A DNA stretch of 42,263 nucleotides from the NCBI GenBank assembly GCA_964494395.1, contig CAZBTI010000005.1, forward strand, positions 12,830 through 55,092, given 5' to 3'. Source of the DNA: an uncultured Acidimicrobiales bacterium (GTDB lineage Bacteria > Actinomycetota > Acidimicrobiia > Acidimicrobiales > SHLQ01). Position numbers and translations under genes: made by a program. The notes under the pieces are model-generated. The model saw nothing but the letters and a program-made list of their open reading frames with translations, was not told where the DNA came from and ran no database searches. Below are positions 26,461 to 36,086 of the stretch, piece after piece. Each line of letters opens with the position of its first letter. Positions within the stretch are counted from its first letter, which is position 1.

Positions 26461-27507
26461 CTACGAGGCCACCGTCGAGGCCCGAACGACCAACTCGATC
26501 TGGTCTGTACTCGCGGCGAGGTCAGCTCTTGCCTCCTCTTCCGATGGCTCGAAGGCTCCCTCATCATCGATCAGTCGCAACAATCGCTCGGCTGCCGCAG
26601 CGCCCAACTCTCGTGGAGCGAGGCGAATAGTGCTCAGCCCCACCATCGACGCCAGTTCATGATCGTCGATGCCGATCACCGCAATATCGTCCGGCCAGGA
26701 CAGGCCGCGCTCCTGCAATGCTCCGTAGGCTCCGAACGCCATCTCATCTGACAGCGCAAACACCGCGGTGGGCGGGTCGTCGAGGTCGAGCAGACGCTCC
26801 ATTGCCCGCCGGCCGCCTTCGGCGGTAAAGAACCCAGAGTTTTCCAGCGAGGTATCGATCGAGATTCCTGCTGACGCGAGCGCAGCGGTATAGCCGGCGA
26901 TCCGAAGTCCGGGGACCGAGAAGGCAAGGGGGTGGTTTGGCTCACCGGAGATCAAGCCGATGCGGCGATGCCCGATATCGAGCAGGTGCTTTGTTGCGAC
27001 AAGGCCGACCTGGTAATCGTCGACCACCACCGAAGGGAACTTCTCGGTGCGAAAGCCCGCCGTCACCGCATTGATTCCCGCAGCGTGCAACTTCGACGCC
27101 GCCTCTTCGGAGATGTTGAGGTCGACAACGATCAGACCGTCGACTCGCTTTTCGAGACGGAGCATCTCGTCGAGGAAGGCCTTTCGCTGTTCAGGGTTCT
27201 CGATCGGGTGAGAGATCGCCTCGTAGCCCCGACCCAAGAGCAGTTCGATCGCTCCAGCGATGAACCGCGAGAAGTACCACCCATCGACCGTCGGAGTGAG
27301 CAGCTGCACGAGGTTGGTACGGCCGGTCGCGAGGCGAGCCGCACTCGGGTCGGCCCGGTAGTTCATCTCTTGGGCAATCGCTTCGACGCGGCTTCGAGTT
27401 CCTTCGGCCACATTCGGGAGTCCGCGTAGCGCACGTGACACCGTCGCCACAGAGACTCCCGCTTCGCGTGCGACATCTTCGATCGATGGTCCGCGACCCC
27501 GCCTCAT
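26461..27507 (-). CDS. LacI family transcriptional regulator
   Basis: SIEDVAREAGVSVATVSRAL HTH, LLDIGHRRIG, PPTAVFALSDEMAFG, IGIDDH. Confidence 0.96.
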   Translation of the reverse strand: MRRGRGPSIEDVAREAGVSVATVSRALRGLPNVAEGTRSRVEAIAQEMNYRADPSAARLATGRTNLVQLLTPTVDGWYFSRFIAGAIELLLGRGYEAISHPIENPEQRKAFLDEMLRLEKRVDGLIVVDLNISEEAASKLHAAGINAVTAGFRTEKFPSVVVDDYQVGLVATKHLLDIGHRRIGLISGEPNHPLAFSVPGLRIAGYTAALASAGISIDTSLENSGFFTAEGGRRAMERLLDLDDPPTAVFALSDEMAFGAYGALQERGLSWPDDIAVIGIDDHELASMVGLSTIRLAPRELGAAAAERLLRLIDDEGAFEPSEEEARADLAASTDQIELVVRASTVAS

Positions 27508-29081
27508 GAACCGATCACCATCATGATGCGAGCCTCATCGGGGCCGAGCGTCGTTCTCGATTCTCGGGCCTCATCGAGGGTCGAGAACAGCAGCTCGCCT
27601 TGAAGGGGCGAGTTCGTACGATCATTAGAAATATTTGCCATGAACACAATGTCTCCTCGACGGAAGGCGACCACGCTCTCACCGGCGTCGACCCACTCGA
27701 GGTCGGTGGTAGCGATGTGGGTCAGCTTCTTCCGTACGCCGATGAGTTCGCGGTAGCGATACAGCATCGACTCGGGGTCGTTTCGTTGGGTCTGCACCGT
27801 GTCGGCATCCGTGCGACCGCCAAAGGGAAGCCACGGAGCAATGCCGGGTTGGGTGAAGCCCATTCCCTCGCCAGGTTCCCAAGGGATTGGGGTTCGGGTT
27901 CCATCTCGTCCGGCGTTGGGGTCATCGCCGCCGACCGGATCGAGTTTGTCGCCAGGGGCCACTTCCCCACTCTCGAGGCCGAGCTCCTCGCCCTGAAACA
28001 GGAAGGGCATTCCCGGAAGCCCAGCGAGAAGGACTGCGAGGCTCAACGCCCGGCGGCGTCCAATATCGCCCTCACCGAAGCGAGTGACCGAGCGGTGTTC
28101 GTCATGGCTGTTCTGCGCCCAACCGAGCCCGGCCGAGATGTTTGCGAGCGGTAGGTCGAACGTCGACCGGATCGACTCGACGGTCCAGTCGAGATGCATG
28201 GCGCCGAACCAGAAGCCCACGTGGAGAGCATCGCCTCCCGAGAGCAGGCGGTCGAGTTTGTCGAGGCTCACCAAGTCGTATGTCTCGCCGAGTAGGAGCG
28301 CGTCATACTCGGCTGCGATGTCGTTCCACGACTGGAAGATCTCGAGGGTCTCGGGCTGGAGGGTGTCGTATTGATGATCAAAGCAGCCCCACTCTTCCCA
28401 TCGCTGCATCGATGGCTCGACCGGCTTGAGCTGCGGGTTCGACCGAAGGGCCTCATCTTTGACCAACCCCTGAGCAACGTCGATCCGGAACCCGTCGACG
28501 CCTCGGTCAAGCCAGAACCGGAGGATGTTCTCGAACTCGGAGCGCACCGCCGGGTTCCGCCAGTTGAGGTCGGGCTGCTCGGCGAAGAACAGGTGAAGGT
28601 AGTACTGGTTGGACAGCGGCTCGAGCGTCCAGGTCGGACCCCCGAAGTACCCCACCCAATTGTTTGGCAGCGATCCGTCCGCGGGAGGGTCTTGCCAGAT
28701 GTAGTAGTCGCGGTACTCACTAGTCGGGTCGGCGAGCGCTTTCTGAAACCACACGTGTTGGTCGCTGGTGTGATTCGGAACGATGTCGATGATGACCTTT
28801 AGGCCGAGCTGGTGCGCCTTCTCGACCACCGCGTCGAAATCGTCGAGTGTTCCGTAGGTCGATTCGATCCTGGTGAAGTCAGCAACGTCGTAACCCCAGT
28901 CGCGCATCGGCGAGGAATAGAACGGCGTGATCCAGAGCACGTCGACACCCAACCAGGCGAGGTAGTCGAGCTTGTCGACCATGCCAATAAAGTCGCCGAT
29001 ACCGTCGCCATTTCCATCGGCGAACGATCGGATGTAGATCTCGTACCCAACGGCGTGCTGCCACCAATCATCGTTTGCCAT
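27504..29081 (-). CDS. GH13 alpha-glucosidase (oligo-1,6-glucosidase-like)
   Basis: WW...[36 protein letters not shown] (nucleophile), GE, NSHD, RDGTRTP; start ATG 29081 with TACATT 7 nt upstream. Confidence 0.93.
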   Translation of the reverse strand: MANDDWWQHAVGYEIYIRSFADGNGDGIGDFIGMVDKLDYLAWLGVDVLWITPFYSSPMRDWGYDVADFTRIESTYGTLDDFDAVVEKAHQLGLKVIIDIVPNHTSDQHVWFQKALADPTSEYRDYYIWQDPPADGSLPNNWVGYFGGPTWTLEPLSNQYYLHLFFAEQPDLNWRNPAVRSEFENILRFWLDRGVDGFRIDVAQGLVKDEALRSNPQLKPVEPSMQRWEEWGCFDHQYDTLQPETLEIFQSWNDIAAEYDALLLGETYDLVSLDKLDRLLSGGDALHVGFWFGAMHLDWTVESIRSTFDLPLANISAGLGWAQNSHDEHRSVTRFGEGDIGRRRALSLAVLLAGLPGMPFLFQGEELGLESGEVAPGDKLDPVGGDDPNAGRDGTRTPIPWEPGEGMGFTQPGIAPWLPFGGRTDADTVQTQRNDPESMLYRYRELIGVRKKLTHIATTDLEWVDAGESVVAFRRGDIVFMANISNDRTNSPLQGELLFSTLDEARESRTTLGPDEARIMMVIGS

Positions 29082-29085
29082 GACA

Positions 29086-29125
29086 GCGAATGTAATCATT
29101 TACATTCGCAATGCAAAAGTTTGCA
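29086..29125. promoter_or_regulatory. Two operator-like palindromes over the GH13-lacI promoter
   Basis: GCGAATGTAA-tcat-TTACATTCGC (29086-29109, core TGTAATCATTTACA) and TGCAAAAGTTTGCA (29112-29125). Confidence 0.7.
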
Positions 29126-29140
29126 GCGCGGTCCTGTCGG

Positions 29141-29869
29141 CTAGCCGCCCAGTGCGCCGAGGATTCCGCCGCCGCCTGCGCTGCCGCCACCACCGCCGAG
29201 TTGGGTCGGACCTTCGGATGGCTGAACGAGCACAAATCCCTGTCCACCAAAGGCCATCTGGAAGGTCTCACCGGTACCGCCACGAACCATCGACTTGAGG
29301 CCGCCGCTCGTGTCGGTCTTGAGTTGCATCTGCACTCCTCCGGACCACATGACGACAGCTTGAGCGTCGCCGAAGGTGGGAGCGCTCGCAACGTCGAGCA
29401 TGACGGGAGGGCCATCGGTGGTGATGGCGACGAAGCCCGTGCCCGACAGTTCCATGTTGAACAGTCCGCCAGCGAGAGCGCCTGCGGCTCCTCCGCCGAG
29501 ACGCTTGATGTCCCACTCGATCGACTCGTTAAACGCGAGGACGTTGGCACCGTTCACCGACATCGTGTCGTTCTCGAGGTACATGATGTGGACGTCTTTG
29601 GCGTCGTCGGCGAGGAACAGCTCGCCGGAGCCGTTGGCGTTCATCATGTCGGCGCCTTCACCGGTCGCTGCCTTCTTCAGCATCTTGCCGAGGCCACCGG
29701 AGCCTTGGTTCTCGAACTTCACATCACCTTGGTACGCGACCATCGAGCCGCGCTTAGCGTGCACACCACCAGCCGCTAGTTCGATCTTCAGCAGTTTGGA
29801 ATTTTGCCGGGTGAATTGTTCGCCGGTTTCGTTCTCTGCGTACTCGTCAAGGTTGGACTTCAAGGCCAT
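29141..29869 (-). CDS. AIM24 family protein
   Basis: GSMVAYQG, TGEG, GELFLAD, VLAF, GGLFN..LSGTG, GETFQMAF.GQGFVLVQPSE. Confidence 0.88.
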   Translation of the reverse strand: MALKSNLDEYAENETGEQFTRQNSKLLKIELAAGGVHAKRGSMVAYQGDVKFENQGSGGLGKMLKKAATGEGADMMNANGSGELFLADDAKDVHIMYLENDTMSVNGANVLAFNESIEWDIKRLGGGAAGALAGGLFNMELSGTGFVAITTDGPPVMLDVASAPTFGDAQAVVMWSGGVQMQLKTDTSGGLKSMVRGGTGETFQMAFGGQGFVLVQPSEGPTQLGGGGGSAGGGGILGALGG

Positions 29870-29953
29870 GGTGATTCTCTCCCACTCGTTGCTTTCACCA
29901 GTGTGGTGGATGTGGTTGTCGGTTGTCGAACAACGCCAACTTGAGTCTTTTCT

Positions 29954-30895
29954 CTACCGCTCCGCAGAGACGAGGATGAGAGACTCGATCACATCGACGC
30001 TCACAAGGTCGTCAGCGCCGGGTGGCAAGTATTCGGCGGCATAGCTGTTCTCAGAGGCCTGCATGGGAGTGACAGCAGTCCAGCCATGGCTCTGCAGGTG
30101 TTCGTCGACGACGACCGCCATTTCCTCCACGCTCGCGCCGGCATAGCTGAGATTCACCGATGCCGAGGCTTCGGTCTCGCCGACAAAGAAGTTGCTTTGA
30201 GAAACCGTTGTTCCGGGTACTTCGAGCTCGGAGAGTTGCGGTGCGTGTTGCAGGAGGAGCTCACCCGATGGCGCTGCATCGAAGAAGTTCACAAACACGT
30301 CGCTGAAGCCTTCGACTTCGAACACTTGAACTCGGGCGTTGGCCCCGCCCAGCCTCAAGCTGGTATCGACCGGCGACGCTTGCTCGGCCTCGAAGTCGGG
30401 ATAGATCTCGGTCATGGACTGCATCACCTGATCGTGGGTAGATACCGCGTCGGCCGTCGTTCGGAAGTTGAATAGGTAGCTCTCGTTCAGACCAAACGAG
30501 ATGTCGATTCCCAAGAGGAACGCGTCCGGCGGCGCGGAAAGTTGCCCGAGTCGGGAAACCGCTGGTTCGAGGCTGGCGCCGATGTCGCTCGTCGAACCGG
30601 GCACGTTGGCGAGCCGGTCGAAACTCCCGATAAACGTCGCCTCGGCAGGGAGCAAAGCCGCTGTACTCACCGGGGCATCTGTCGTGGTGGAGTCAGGTTC
30701 AGTCGTGCTGCCCTCGACGTTGTTCGTCGATGTTGCTGTGGTTGATGAATCGTTCGTCGTCGGGCTCGTGGTCTCGTCCGATGTGTTGGATGTATCCGCT
30801 GTGGTCGTCGAGGCCTCGGGCGAGTCAGCACAGCCGGTTGCGACGAGCGCCAAAGCCAGCATCGTCGTCGCAATCCGAGATCCGAGCTCCATCAT
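29954..30895 (-). CDS. Hypothetical lipoprotein with a Ser/Thr-rich linker
   Basis: Lipobox VATGC followed by a low-complexity T/S stretch; start uncertain. Confidence 0.75.
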   Translation of the reverse strand: MMELGSRIATTMLALALVATGCADSPEASTTTADTSNTSDETTSPTTNDSSTTATSTNNVEGSTTEPDSTTTDAPVSTAALLPAEATFIGSFDRLANVPGSTSDIGASLEPAVSRLGQLSAPPDAFLLGIDISFGLNESYLFNFRTTADAVSTHDQVMQSMTEIYPDFEAEQASPVDTSLRLGGANARVQVFEVEGFSDVFVNFFDAAPSGELLLQHAPQLSELEVPGTTVSQSNFFVGETEASASVNLSYAGASVEEMAVVVDEHLQSHGWTAVTPMQASENSYAAEYLPPGADDLVSVDVIESLILVSAER

Positions 30896-30957
30896 GTCCA
30901 ACTTTCACCGCAGTCTTTGCGCACACGATTCCGACGCAAGCGGTTGGAAACGTGGGG

Positions 30958-32040
30958 CTAGCCGGCGTCTCGACTCTCAAAAAATGCAGCGAGCCACCGG
31001 GTGTTTTCATCGGACGTACCAACGGTGATCCTTAGGCCTAGGTTCGGGAACGGCCGGGCCACGACACCGAGTTGCTCCATGCGGTCGGCGATCGCCAGCG
31101 TTGCCTCACCCGTAGGGATGAAGATGAAATTGGCATGCTGTTGAGGGATGTCGAGCCCTGCAGCCAAGAGCTCATCCACACATCGGTTGCGCTCGGCAAT
31201 GAGGCCATCAACTCGCTCCATTGCCTCGTCTCGATGCTCGATTGCCGCCACAGTCGCGGCCTGCGCCAGGTTATTGATGGAGAAAGGAAGCCGAACCTTC
31301 TCGAGTTCGTTCACGATCTCTGGGTCGGCAACTGCGTACCCGGTTCGCATACCGGCCAACCCGAAGGCCTTGCTGAACGTGCGAGTCACCACGACGTTGC
31401 GGTGGTCTTTGCACAATTCGACCGGGTTACCCATCGATGGTGAGTTGAACTCTCGGTACGCCTCGTCGATCACGACGATGACATCGCTCGGGACCGACTC
31501 GACCAAGCCGCGAAGACGCTCGACCGAGACCGAAGTACCGGTCGGGTTGTTGGGCGTGGCGAGAAAGATCAACTTTGTCGACGCCGTGACCGCTGCCGCG
31601 ACTGCGTCGAGGTCGAATGCGTAATCGACGAGAGGGACCGTTACCGCAGTCGCCCCGAAGAGCTTCGAAAATATCGGATAGACCTCGAAGGACGGGTAGG
31701 GAAACAGCACCTCGTCGCCGGGGTCGACGTAGACCATAAAGAGTTGCTGTAAAAGCCCACTCGACCCGCAGCCGATCGAGATCGAACCAGCGTCGACCGA
31801 CAACCACTCCGACAGTGCAGATCGGACTGCGAGGGCGGTGTTGTCGCCGTAGCGGTTCACCCCCGCAATCGCGTTGGTGATCGCGTCCTGGACACCTTGG
31901 ACCGGGGCCCACGGGTTCTCGTTGGAAGCAAGTTTGATGACGTTCGAGATGTTCTGCTCGACCTCAACTTGTTCTGCGGCCTTGCCGGGTTTGTAGCTCG
32001 CCATGTTCTGGACTGCGGGCCGAACTTTGCCAATCGTCAT
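30958..32040 (-). CDS. hisC: Histidinol-phosphate transaminase family aminotransferase (HisC or Pat)
   Basis: YKPG, KLASNENP, PNNPTG, DEAY, RTFSKAFGLAG.R.GY, RITVG. Confidence 0.85.
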   Translation of the reverse strand: MTIGKVRPAVQNMASYKPGKAAEQVEVEQNISNVIKLASNENPWAPVQGVQDAITNAIAGVNRYGDNTALAVRSALSEWLSVDAGSISIGCGSSGLLQQLFMVYVDPGDEVLFPYPSFEVYPIFSKLFGATAVTVPLVDYAFDLDAVAAAVTASTKLIFLATPNNPTGTSVSVERLRGLVESVPSDVIVVIDEAYREFNSPSMGNPVELCKDHRNVVVTRTFSKAFGLAGMRTGYAVADPEIVNELEKVRLPFSINNLAQAATVAAIEHRDEAMERVDGLIAERNRCVDELLAAGLDIPQQHANFIFIPTGEATLAIADRMEQLGVVARPFPNLGLRITVGTSDENTRWLAAFFESRDAG

Positions 32041-32141
32041 GGCTCTTCCCTATCACGGAACCTCGAATGGTTGCGACCTTCGTCGGGGCTCGCCGAGCGT
32101 CCAATGTCGCATCCACCAATGTCCCCGGGTAGCCTGATTTC

Positions 32142-32230
32142 AGCGACGGGAGTACGCCAACTCCCTCAATGTCGTAGGCAACCGGACGGTTGCACGTGGG
32201 GTTGGGTCACCTCTTAGGTCGACCAGCCCC
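32142..32230 (+). ncRNA. Candidate structured small RNA or leader with three hairpins
   Basis: TAGCCT -10-like box at 32130-32135; stems GGGAGT/ACTCCC, GCAACC/GGTTGC and GGGGTTG..ACCT/AGGT..CAGCCCC; no family recognised. Confidence 0.45.
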
Positions 32231-32345
32231 TCATGCTTCTCGATTGCCACTTGGGACCAACTCACCGTTCGCGGCGTGGCGGTTCTGAGCTTTCTCATCC
32301 CACCCGGGGATGTCAGCCGTAGGAGAAATCGTTATCGCTACCACG

Positions 32346-35300
32346 ATGAACGCAGCCGAGTTCGAGCGTTTCGCGCAAGCCCACCTCGACAACGCAGCAG
32401 ACAAAGACCAGATCAAAGCCCTCGAGTCGAACAAGGACGCGTGGGCAGAGGCACTGTGGTGCCTGCTCGACGATGCTGAAGTCGCGTTGTCAAAGGCGCG
32501 CAAGACAGTGCGAGGCCCCGAACGGGCAAACGTTCTCAACGACCTCGACGAGGAGTGCTTCCGTATCGATGAGGCCCTCACCGCGTTGGTTGGAGCCCCC
32601 AAGGAAGAAGACCTTGCGCCGCTCCCCCAGCAACGGCGACAGCAGCAGGCACAGGCCGAAAAGACCGGCACGGCCCAACTTCAGCTCTCCTGGAACGACG
32701 GCCAACTCGTTGCTTGGGTCGCAGGACACGACGCCCGCTACGAACAGGTCGATGTCATCAGGGAGTACCTCGCCACAACCGACGGCGCCGGAATTGCGTG
32801 GGAAGAGCGCGGCCTGCTGCGCATTCCAACCGGACAACGGGTTCCCGCACTGACGACGCCCGTGACCGCAGCCCTCGGTTGGCTGGTCGCGCAAGCTCGC
32901 GAAACACACAATCCAGTGGTCTCACCCAGTCTTCGATGGATGGGCATGGCCGCAGCCACCGCCGTCTCCGCCGTCGCTCAGGGCAGGATCGCTCCTCAAC
33001 TACGCCAAGCCCGACGTGGCAAGAAAGGCAGCGAGAGCACCTTCTCGGTTCGCTGGCTTCCGGGGCTGATCGATGCCGATCACCTTGCAAAGCTCATCTC
33101 ATCGGTTCCGGGCGCAGCGATGGTGGGCCAGCAACGTCAAGAAGCCCTCGCGTTCACCACTGCAGTTATGGGTGACGTGACCAACCAGGTCGTGCGAATG
33201 GCTGCTTCGCAAGTCGAAGTGCCAGCACCGCCGCCCGAGGTCAAAGACCGGAACGACATCTCCGAAGCCTTCCTCGGTCGACTCGACGGGTCTCCCTTCC
33301 AAGCTCCCGACTCGGCCGGCGCCGAGATCGCTCGCCGGATCGACCGCTGGGCAGCTCCCGTCATCGGCACAAAGAACCCCCAACTCATCGTTTCGCTCAG
33401 CCCGCCAGATGACTCCAACGCGTGGCATGCACGAGTGCTCGGCACTTCCTCTGCGGGTGCGCTCGAACCATTCGAGGTCGTCCTCGCCGAGGCATCGAAA
33501 GATCGGTCGCGACTCTTCGAGCATCAAGCATCACGCCTCGAACGGCTCTTCCCTGCTCTCCTGCGCCCGGGCGGGCGTCGCCGCGGTGAGGTCATCCTCA
33601 GCCAAGACGAGGCATGGCAACTCATGACCGAGGTCGGGCCCGTACTCCGGACCGCCGGCTTTGATGTTCGAGTTCCGCCGCTTTCTCGTAAGAAGTCCAC
33701 GCCCTCACTTCGGCTCACAGCAGAGGAAGCCGAAGAGTCGGTCGTTGGAGCCCAGCAGTTGGCGAACGTGCGCTGGTCGGCAATGTTCGACGACGTCGAG
33801 CTCACCGCAGCCGAAATCGCGAAGCTCGCACAGCAGGCTCGCCCACTCGTTCAGAGCAGAGGCCAGTGGATCGAACTCGATCAAGCCGACCTCGCCGAAG
33901 CCGCGGCGGCGCTCGCCGAACGAGCAGACCAAACCAAGCTCACCGGCGCCGACATGTTGCGTCACGCCATGGGCCTCGAAGGCGACCCGCTCGGTGGGGG
34001 CATCTCCATCGCCGGCGATGGTTGGGCCGCCGACCTCTTCGCCAGCCTCGGTGAGCTACCTGAAGATCCAGACACCACTCCCGAGGGGTTCCATGGCGAG
34101 CTCCGCAGCTATCAGGCCGATGCGCTGTCGTGGCTGACCTTCCTCGACGACGCGGGCCTTGGCGGATGCCTTGCGCTCGACATGGGTCTCGGCAAGACCC
34201 CGACGTCGCTCGCTGCGCTCTACCAATCTCGCGAACACGGCACCGGCCTTGTCATCGCTCCTCCCGCCGTCGTCGGCAACTGGGCGGCGGAGGCCAAAAA
34301 GTTCCTCCCCGACATGTCGGTGCACGTCCACCACGGAGCCAGTCGGATCAAGAAGGGTTTCCGATCGACGTTCGAGAAGGTCGACCTCGTCATCACCACC
34401 TACGGCACTGCGGTCCGGGACATGGACGAACTGTCGAAACTCACCTGGGGCAAAGTCGTCATCGACGAAGCACAAGCCATCAAGAACCCCGCCGCTGAAA
34501 CGTCACAACAGCTGCGTCGCCTCGAAGCCCGCACTCGGGTGGCACTCACCGGAACACCGATCGAAAATGGCCTCGGCGACCTGTGGGCGATCATGGATTG
34601 GGCCAATGCAGGGCTCGTCGGTGCTCGGCCACAGTTCATTTCCCAGCTCACACCGGCGAAGAAGAACGGATCGAAGGGCGGCGAAGAAGCCCTCAAGGCC
34701 CTCAACGGCATCCTCGTCTACCGCCGCACGAAGATGGAGCCCGAGATCGCGGCCGAACTACCGGACCGCATCGACGAACTCGATCACTGCGCAATGACGC
34801 CCGAGCAGGTTGGCCTGTACCAGGCTGTCGTCGACACGCTCGTCGCCGAGACGTCCGATCGCCCGGCCGGAACGCCCGAACGCAAGGGAGCAGTGCTCGC
34901 CGCGATCACGGCGCTCAAGCAGATCTGTAATCACCCGGTCAATTATCAAGAGGACGACGAACCGCTCGACGGCCGTTCAGGCAAGCTCGCCCGCCTCAAC
35001 GAGATCATGGAATCGGTGTTCGCCGCCGACGAGAAGATGCTGATCTTCACCCACTTTGCGTCGTGGGGTGAACGCCTGTCTGAGTACCTGAGTGAGCGCA
35101 CCGGCAAGACGATCGAGTGTTACCACGGCGGGCTCTCTCGAGGCGCCCGCGATCGCATGATCGACAACTTCCAAGATGCCGAGGGTTCCGGTGCGCTAGT
35201 GCTTTCACTGAAAGCTGGTGGCACCGGCCTGAACCTCACGGCGGCCAACCACGTCGTGTTGTACGACCGGTGGTGGAACCCGGCGGTCGAAGATCAGGCT

Positions 35301-35588
35301 CGAGATCGTGCGTGGCGGATCGGCCAGACCAAGACGGTCATCGCTCACCGCCTCGTATGCCCGGGCACCGTCGACGAACGTGTCGAAGAGGTCGTCGCTG
35401 GAAAGCGAGAGATCGCCAACATGGTCCTGCCAAAGTCGAGTTCGGTCGGCGACCTCGACGCCGAGCAGCTCCAGGTGGCCCTCGGAATCGATCCCGAACT
35501 GTTGATGACCCAAGACGCGACTACCGAGCTTGCACCCGAACCGGAGATGCCCGCCGAAGAGACCGAACCCGTCGGAGCGTCCGCATGA
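32346..35588 (+). CDS. SNF2-family (SWI2/SNF2-like) helicase/ATPase
   Basis: LRSYQ, DMGLGKT, DEAQ, LTGTPIEN, SLKAGGTGLNLT, DRWWNPAVEDQA.DRA.RIGQ; start could be 32310 or 32346. Confidence 0.95.
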   Translation: MNAAEFERFAQAHLDNAADKDQIKALESNKDAWAEALWCLLDDAEVALSKARKTVRGPERANVLNDLDEECFRIDEALTALVGAPKEEDLAPLPQQRRQQQAQAEKTGTAQLQLSWNDGQLVAWVAGHDARYEQVDVIREYLATTDGAGIAWEERGLLRIPTGQRVPALTTPVTAALGWLVAQARETHNPVVSPSLRWMGMAAATAVSAVAQGRIAPQLRQARRGKKGSESTFSVRWLPGLIDADHLAKLISSVPGAAMVGQQRQEALAFTTAVMGDVTNQVVRMAASQVEVPAPPPEVKDRNDISEAFLGRLDGSPFQAPDSAGAEIARRIDRWAAPVIGTKNPQLIVSLSPPDDSNAWHARVLGTSSAGALEPFEVVLAEASKDRSRLFEHQASRLERLFPALLRPGGRRRGEVILSQDEAWQLMTEVGPVLRTAGFDVRVPPLSRKKSTPSLRLTAEEAEESVVGAQQLANVRWSAMFDDVELTAAEIAKLAQQARPLVQSRGQWIELDQADLAEAAAALAERADQTKLTGADMLRHAMGLEGDPLGGGISIAGDGWAADLFASLGELPEDPDTTPEGFHGELRSYQADALSWLTFLDDAGLGGCLALDMGLGKTPTSLAALYQSREHGTGLVIAPPAVVGNWAAEAKKFLPDMSVHVHHGASRIKKGFRSTFEKVDLVITTYGTAVRDMDELSKLTWGKVVIDEAQAIKNPAAETSQQLRRLEARTRVALTGTPIENGLGDLWAIMDWANAGLVGARPQFISQLTPAKKNGSKGGEEALKALNGILVYRRTKMEPEIAAELPDRIDELDHCAMTPEQVGLYQAVVDTLVAETSDRPAGTPERKGAVLAAITALKQICNHPVNYQEDDEPLDGRSGKLARLNEIMESVFAADEKMLIFTHFASWGERLSEYLSERTGKTIECYHGGLSRGARDRMIDNFQDAEGSGALVLSLKAGGTGLNLTAANHVVLYDRWWNPAVEDQARDRAWRIGQTKTVIAHRLVCPGTVDERVEEVVAGKREIANMVLPKSSSVGDLDAEQLQVALGIDPELLMTQDATTELAPEPEMPAEETEPVGASA

Positions 35589-36043
35589 GTAGTCGTAGCC
35601 GAAAGCGCAGCAACAAGAACGCGTCGAACAAGAAGCAGTCGTCGCAGAAGAACAAGAATCAGAGCAAGAGTAAGAAGAGGAAAGTCGACCCAAAGGTGCT
35701 TTGGGGAGACTTCGACGCCCTTCCGAGCCCGGACGGCTTTGCGATTTCTACGCCCGATCCTGTCGCTGTGGTGAATTCGCTCGGCCAACCGCCGCTTCCC
35801 GGACACGGCGCAGCGTCTCCGCACTATTTCAAGCTCGTATACGGCCGAGCGACCCAGCTCGCCGGAGCGCTTGCGATGGCGGGCCAGATCGACGATCTCA
35901 CCCCCGAGCCACTTCCCGAGCCTGAAGAGGACGAGGCCATCGTGGGCGAATCCGACGATGACGCCGACGGCAACACGATCACCGAAGCCAGCGCGGATAC
36001 CGAGGGCGCCCCCAACGAAGCCAGCTCCGACGACGAAGAATGA
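35585..36043 (+). CDS. Hypothetical protein (basic N-terminus, acidic C-terminus) translationally coupled to the helicase
   Basis: ATGA overlap at 35585-35588; MSSRSRKRSNKN.., core LWGD..SLGQPPLPG..HYF..VY. Confidence 0.7.
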   Translation: MSSRSRKRSNKNASNKKQSSQKNKNQSKSKKRKVDPKVLWGDFDALPSPDGFAISTPDPVAVVNSLGQPPLPGHGAASPHYFKLVYGRATQLAGALAMAGQIDDLTPEPLPEPEEDEAIVGESDDDADGNTITEASADTEGAPNEASSDDEE

Positions 36044-36086
36044 GATCTGTTGCGGTTGGTGGGCTGAGCTTCGTTGACTGGTGTAC

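Noticed and set aside
32142-32230. Identification of the structured element as SRP RNA, tRNA or 6C RNA
   Set aside because: It lacks the SRP domain IV consensus, the T-loop/cloverleaf and the C-rich loops.
35117-35584. N-terminal half of the 308-aa ORF 35117-36043
   Set aside because: Arg-rich off-frame read of the helicase; the real start is the coupled ATG at 35585.
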